Source of the DNA: Microcystis aeruginosa NIES-2549 | GTDB taxonomy: Bacteria; Cyanobacteriota; Cyanobacteriia; Cyanobacteriales; Microcystaceae | Assembly (NCBI RefSeq): GCF_000981785.2 | Contig: NZ_CP011304.1 | Coordinates: 1,710,001-1,742,000 of the forward strand | Length of the DNA: 32,000 bases | Reading direction: 5' to 3' | In this document: positions 28,782 to 32,000 of the stretch, in pieces | Layout: the number at the start of each line of letters is the position of its first letter | How positions within the stretch are numbered: position 1 is the first letter of the stretch | The notes under the pieces: generated by a model | Seen by the model: the letters and a program-made list of their open reading frames with translations, nothing else | Database searches by the model: none | What the model was told of the DNA's origin: nothing | Made by a program: the position numbers and the translations under genes

Positions 28782-29021
28782 CTAAAACGTCATGTCATTA
28801 AGGGGAAGCAACCCTTCATCTATATCAGGAAAATTGTCTGTAATGTCTGGCAAAGTAGTCAGCAAAGAAAGTAGAGAACCAGAAGAAATCGGCTCAATGA
28901 TTAAGCGATGACCTTCTTTGCGTAACAAAACCTCTGTGCTTGATAAGGCAAGTTCAGGAGGAATATTTAAGACTTGCTCTTGTCCACTTGTTAGTAAAGA
29001 AACCTGACGTAAGTTTTGCAT
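28782..29021 (-). CDS. AbrB/SpoVT-fold antitoxin (VapB/VagC-like), orphan
   Basis: 79 aa. QVSLLTSGQEQVLNIPPELALSSTEVLLRKEGHRLIIEPI resembles the SpoVT-AbrB swapped-hairpin antitoxin pattern (..SQAVRLPKE..V.I.r.G..liieP). No toxin ORF lies downstream on its strand; only 26 nt separate it from the convergent vapC stop. Confidence 0.65.
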   Translation of the reverse strand: MQNLRQVSLLTSGQEQVLNIPPELALSSTEVLLRKEGHRLIIEPISSGSLLSLLTTLPDITDNFPDIDEGLLPLNDMTF

Positions 29022-29082
29022 CTGTTGACCTCTTTTTTAATGATCACCTTACTATTTTATAACAGGGAACAGGGAACAGTAG

Positions 29083-29260
29083 TAGTAGGGTGCGCCCTTC
29101 GATAGCGTAACGCACCAAATAAATTAATGATAGGTGTGGTGCGTTACGACGGATTGTTAGATGATTGAGTAGGGGCGAAGCATTCGGACAATAACCTATT
29201 GCTGAAACCCTAGATTTCCTATCCGAATGCTTCGCCCGTACCCCCAACGCACCCTACATT
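29083..29260. mobile_element. Nested repeat: MITE family 2 (copy D) carrying MITE family 1 (copy 4, 29169-29245)
   Basis: The family 2 left part runs to gattgttagatg, followed by attga, then the family 1 copy, then the family 2 right terminus aacgcaccctacatt. The junction gattgttagatgattgagtagggg is the same as in copy C. Confidence 0.8.
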
Positions 29261-29275
29261 CTGATATTATTATTT

Positions 29276-30217
29276 TTAAATACATTTTCCCAATTCATCA
29301 AGCAAATCCATCGCCACATCCAGCCAGTCCACCGCACCCTCTGAAGACGGCTCAGGCGTTGCTTCCCTTACCCCTTCTGGACGCGAGACTAAGGGTTTAA
29401 AATTCTCATGATTCTCGTTGGCCTTCTCTTCTAAAAACTCCTTTAATAGCGTCGGACGTTCATAGTCCTGCCGATAGTCCCAGACCCAGTTTAACACCGT
29501 GATTACCTCCGCTCGCTGTTCCGCCGACCAGCCTTGTTTATCGATATACTGCGCCATGATTTGCTGACAGTTTTCCCACCGACGGTAAGCCTCCCACAGC
29601 GCCGATATAGGTTTCCTCATCGCCAAGGACACCGCGCCGCCTTCTGGGAAATCCTGACGCAGGTCCGAACTCAACAGAACCCCAGTTAACCAAGCTCCCC
29701 CTTCCCCTAACTCGATTAAAATATAGGCTAGAGTTGCCGGATTTAGGTCAATTTCGACACTAATTTGGCTTAAATCCAACAGTTCTTCACCAGAGTCTTG
29801 AGGAATCAATATAGCTTCCAGTTTACCTAGCTTGGGTAGTACCACATCTGCTGTTGGATTGAGCAGTTGTAGCACCGCTTGAGCGTGGTCAGCCGCCGCA
29901 GCATCTACCTCTATCCCATGCCCTTCTAAATAATATGTCAGCACCGCCGCCGCTAAGGTGTTCTGACGAATCAGTTCCCCAAAGCTGGGATTAGGGTGAG
30001 CCAGGGCCAGTTTATTGGCTCGCTTTTGAGCCGCTGCGTCCCAGGGAACCCAAACAGAAGAGGATGCTTGTCCGGTGCTGTCCTCCTCCTCCGTTGTGTC
30101 TGCGATCGCTAACCACGCCTGAAACTCAGGATCGTTTTCCAGTTCGTCATCGTCAATCCAGTCCTCTAGGGGGTTGAGAGGTTCATTGACATCTGAGGTT
30201 GAGGTAGAGATAGACAT
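29276..30217 (-). CDS. DUF1822-like acidic protein
   Basis: 313 aa. ..IRQNTLAAAVLTYYLEGHGIEVD..ADVVLPKLGKLEAILIPQD..LAYILIELGEGGAWLTGVLL.. follows the layout I recall for cyanobacterial DUF1822 (..NTLAVxAVxxYLxxxGIxxD..ADLxLPxLGKLECRPV..YVxVQxD..LLGF). The N-terminus is very acidic (DWIDDDELENDPEF). Family call is from memory. Confidence 0.55.
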   Translation of the reverse strand: MSISTSTSDVNEPLNPLEDWIDDDELENDPEFQAWLAIADTTEEEDSTGQASSSVWVPWDAAAQKRANKLALAHPNPSFGELIRQNTLAAAVLTYYLEGHGIEVDAAAADHAQAVLQLLNPTADVVLPKLGKLEAILIPQDSGEELLDLSQISVEIDLNPATLAYILIELGEGGAWLTGVLLSSDLRQDFPEGGAVSLAMRKPISALWEAYRRWENCQQIMAQYIDKQGWSAEQRAEVITVLNWVWDYRQDYERPTLLKEFLEEKANENHENFKPLVSRPEGVREATPEPSSEGAVDWLDVAMDLLDELGKCI

Positions 30218-30247
30218 AATTTTCTAGGAGGGAACGGGGGACATTAG

Positions 30248-30276
30248 AAAAGGAGTTTATTCGAGAAACTCCTTTT
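30248..30276 (-). terminator. Intercistronic hairpin (attenuator or terminator-like) between the sigma-like gene and the DUF1822 gene
   Basis: Perfect 11-bp stem aaaaggagttt / aaactcctttt with a 7-nt loop. On the minus strand the 3' arm ends in UUUU. Confidence 0.4.
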
Positions 30277-30287
30277 CTGGGTTAACT

Positions 30288-31280
30288 TCAGTCTTCCGAG
30301 AGAAGATCTTCTGCGGAAAAATGTTCTTGGAGCCAAGGACAACACTTGTCATTATAGAACCGGCGAATTGTGGTGTCGTCGCACCCCCACTGTTGTGCCA
30401 TTTCCTCCCAAGGGACGGATTCTGGGGGTAAGAGATTTAAGATCACCAGTTGGGCGTTAATGTGCCTTAATGCTTTGCTTCGGGGCTGAATCTGTTGGAG
30501 TTCTCTAGCACAGGGACCCTCCACTGCTTCTCTGATCTGCTCCCACCACGCTTGAGACGGCCTAGACCCAATGTTATCTAAAGGATCATTCGCCCTCAAG
30601 CGTTGCTCTTGGGCTTTTCTGATAGCTACTCCCTCCAGGGCGCGATAGATGCGTATTTCTAGCCACCCTTTAACGGTACACTGTCCACTCTGTTGTCGGT
30701 AATGGGGATTAAAGACAGAATCCTTACCTCTGGGGGTTGGTTGGCCTTTTAAGCTCAGGCCAAGATAGCGCCACACCTGGAATTGCGCTTGATTAATGTC
30801 CTCTTGCTTAAGTTCCTGTTTATCTTTGGCACTAATCTTCCCTTTAATCCAGGGAGCGGAGATCCAGTTTTTGATTTTAGGATCTAACTTCCTGCCAATG
30901 TCATCCTTAAGAGTATGCCAGAGGCGATCGAGTTGCTGCCAAGTTGGGTTATCCTTTGCCCGATAGTAAGGAGATTCAGGTATGACGCACTCATTGCCAC
31001 TGGGGTGACGGTTATCGAGGACAATCCGCACAAGAGCGCATAAGGGGAGGAGAATCTCTAGCGGTAGGCTGGTTAGCGCCCTTGGGGAGTTGAGAAATTG
31101 AATAATGTTATCTATAGATTCATAAAAGCGCTTTTCCGCTTGCAACCACTGCTCACTCCCTGAGGGGAGAAAGTTAGAGTCATTTTCTTCAAGGGGTTTG
31201 CCGGTTTCCGGCACAACATTACGGAGTCGTAGCCGCCAGTAGGTTGCCACCTTGACTAGGGGAATAAGCTCGTCGTTCAC
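30288..31280 (-). CDS. Divergent sigma-70/ECF-like protein with ~200-aa N-terminal extension
   Basis: 330 aa. The C-terminal VPWEEMAQQWGCDDTTIRRFYNDKCCPWLQE fits the region 4.2 HTH pattern (l.eEiA..lG.s..TV..r...a...L). TVKGWLEIRIYRALEGVAIRK resembles the region 2.4 W-L-x-x-I-x-x-x pattern. The N-terminal half has no family I recognise. Confidence 0.5.
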   Translation of the reverse strand: MNDELIPLVKVATYWRLRLRNVVPETGKPLEENDSNFLPSGSEQWLQAEKRFYESIDNIIQFLNSPRALTSLPLEILLPLCALVRIVLDNRHPSGNECVIPESPYYRAKDNPTWQQLDRLWHTLKDDIGRKLDPKIKNWISAPWIKGKISAKDKQELKQEDINQAQFQVWRYLGLSLKGQPTPRGKDSVFNPHYRQQSGQCTVKGWLEIRIYRALEGVAIRKAQEQRLRANDPLDNIGSRPSQAWWEQIREAVEGPCARELQQIQPRSKALRHINAQLVILNLLPPESVPWEEMAQQWGCDDTTIRRFYNDKCCPWLQEHFSAEDLLSED

Positions 31281-31394
31281 GGCATTGTCTTTTCCTTAAA
31301 ATTATTTTTTCCACAACTGCAAAAAAAGTCTAGTGGGTCTCATTAGTTAAGTAAGCGGACGAAAAGCCGCAATAACTTAACAAGGAGTTGACTG

Positions 31395-32000
31395 ATGGCA
31401 GCAACAATTCTAGCACCCTCGAAGCCGGATTTTTCCTCGATCGGAACTGAGCAAAAATCATTATTCGATCGGGTTATCAATCCCCAAGCCCTGTATAATC
31501 GTTTCGGATCTTCGTCTCAGGCATTGACCGCCCAGAATGAATTTAGTACTTCTGGACGGGGCGAAGATTATCTGGAAAGTATTCGGCTGTTTCCAGATGT
31601 TCGCTCTGAAGGAACCCTTGATTTATTGAGGCTGGCTCACCCCCAGGGTTCCCTCGAATTTGACGGTGACCATATTATCGCTGATCTTCTCGCTGGCGAT
31701 GGCTATATCGAAGAAACGTCGAAAAGGCATCTGTCTTCGGCACCCCTTTTCATTAATTCTGATAGTTCTCCCTTCATGGTGGAGAAGTGTCGTAAGAAGG
31801 GGATGTTCGCCATTTGTCAATTCGCTCAAGACGCTTTTTGGCTGAAAAATCAGTCAGTCGATGCCACAATTTTCGCTTATGGCACGCACCACATTGATCG
31901 GGTCTTTCGGAGTCAAGCAGCGAAAGAAGGAGCGCGGATTTTAAAATCTGGTGGACGTTGGGTCCTCCATGATTTTGAGGAAGATGGCCCGATGGCTCGC
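31395..32000 (+). CDS. Class I SAM-dependent methyltransferase-like protein, 3' end runs off the window
   Basis: Absent from the ORF track (no stop). The ATG at 31395 is preceded by AAGGAG. My translation is MAATILAPSKPDFSSIGTEQKSLFDRV..IIADLLAGDGYIEE..ARILKSGGRWVLHDFEEDG. The motif I-like D.LAGDG and the post-II-like LKSGGRWVLHDF suggest a Rossmann-fold methyltransferase. Confidence 0.5.
   Translation, partial: MAATILAPSKPDFSSIGTEQKSLFDRVINPQALYNRFGSSSQALTAQNEFSTSGRGEDYLESIRLFPDVRSEGTLDLLRLAHPQGSLEFDGDHIIADLLAGDGYIEETSKRHLSSAPLFINSDSSPFMVEKCRKKGMFAICQFAQDAFWLKNQSVDATIFAYGTHHIDRVFRSQAAKEGARILKSGGRWVLHDFEEDGPMAR

Noticed and set aside
29044-29247. 67-aa minus-strand ORF
   Set aside because: It lies entirely within the nested MITE family 2/family 1 element. 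Equivalent sequence at other copies is non-coding.
27580-29262. Possible CRISPR array, suggested by recurring ~75-130-bp repeats
   Set aside because: The repeats are long, internally palindromic, of two different families, irregularly spaced and in part nested. The intervening segments include real genes. No cas genes are in the window.
23704-31280. Type III-E CRISPR Craspase locus, suggested by TPR-CHAT plus a sigma factor
   Set aside because: No gRAMP/Cas7-11, Csx30/Csx31-like genes or CRISPR array are visible. Only the conceptual analogy is retained in the findings.
31623-31845. Track ORFs 31623-31829(-) and 31660-31845(+)
   Set aside because: Both are overlapped by the longer edge-running plus-strand ORF from 31395, which has a strong SD and methyltransferase-like motifs.

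Overview
The window looks cyanobacterial. GCGATCGC (HIP1) sites are frequent, there are STRR-like heptamer repeats, and the small palindromic repeats resemble Microcystis; the taxon is an inference, not a search result.

Most of 1-21.7 kb is a housekeeping backbone:
- a Ser/Thr kinase with pentapeptide repeats (runs off the window)
- murE, a DUF4079-like membrane protein and a PilX_N-like secreted protein
- a BcsA-like processive GT2 glycosyltransferase
- a Nudix hydrolase, rpsN, pnp, prfA and a transaldolase fused to an EF-hand pair
- a tight rpmI-rplT-phoH-cysK block, and leuS

From about 18.4 kb, and especially 21.8-31.3 kb, the region is accessory and heavily rearranged:
- a HicB-like ORF whose 3' end is replaced by a small palindromic repeat
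- a 5' remnant of a TPR/CHAT-type gene
- a decayed 1.59-kb IS4 (IS50/Tn5-like) element with 28-bp inverted repeats
- two families of MITE-like palindromic repeats, four copies each, some nested
- a vapBC (RHH + PIN) pair and an orphan AbrB-type antitoxin
- a 1291-aa TPR-CHAT (caspase-like) protein with ten 144-bp tandem units

Upstream on the same strand as the TPR-CHAT gene lie a DUF1822-like acidic protein and a divergent sigma-70/ECF-like protein with a long N-terminal extension.

The most interesting hypothesis is that sigma-like + DUF1822 + TPR-CHAT form a protease-controlled transcription switch. This would be conceptually similar to the Csx29/Csx30/RpoE arm of type III-E CRISPR systems, but no cas genes are present. 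The locus now appears split by TA and MITE insertions.

No rRNA, tRNA or CRISPR array was seen.
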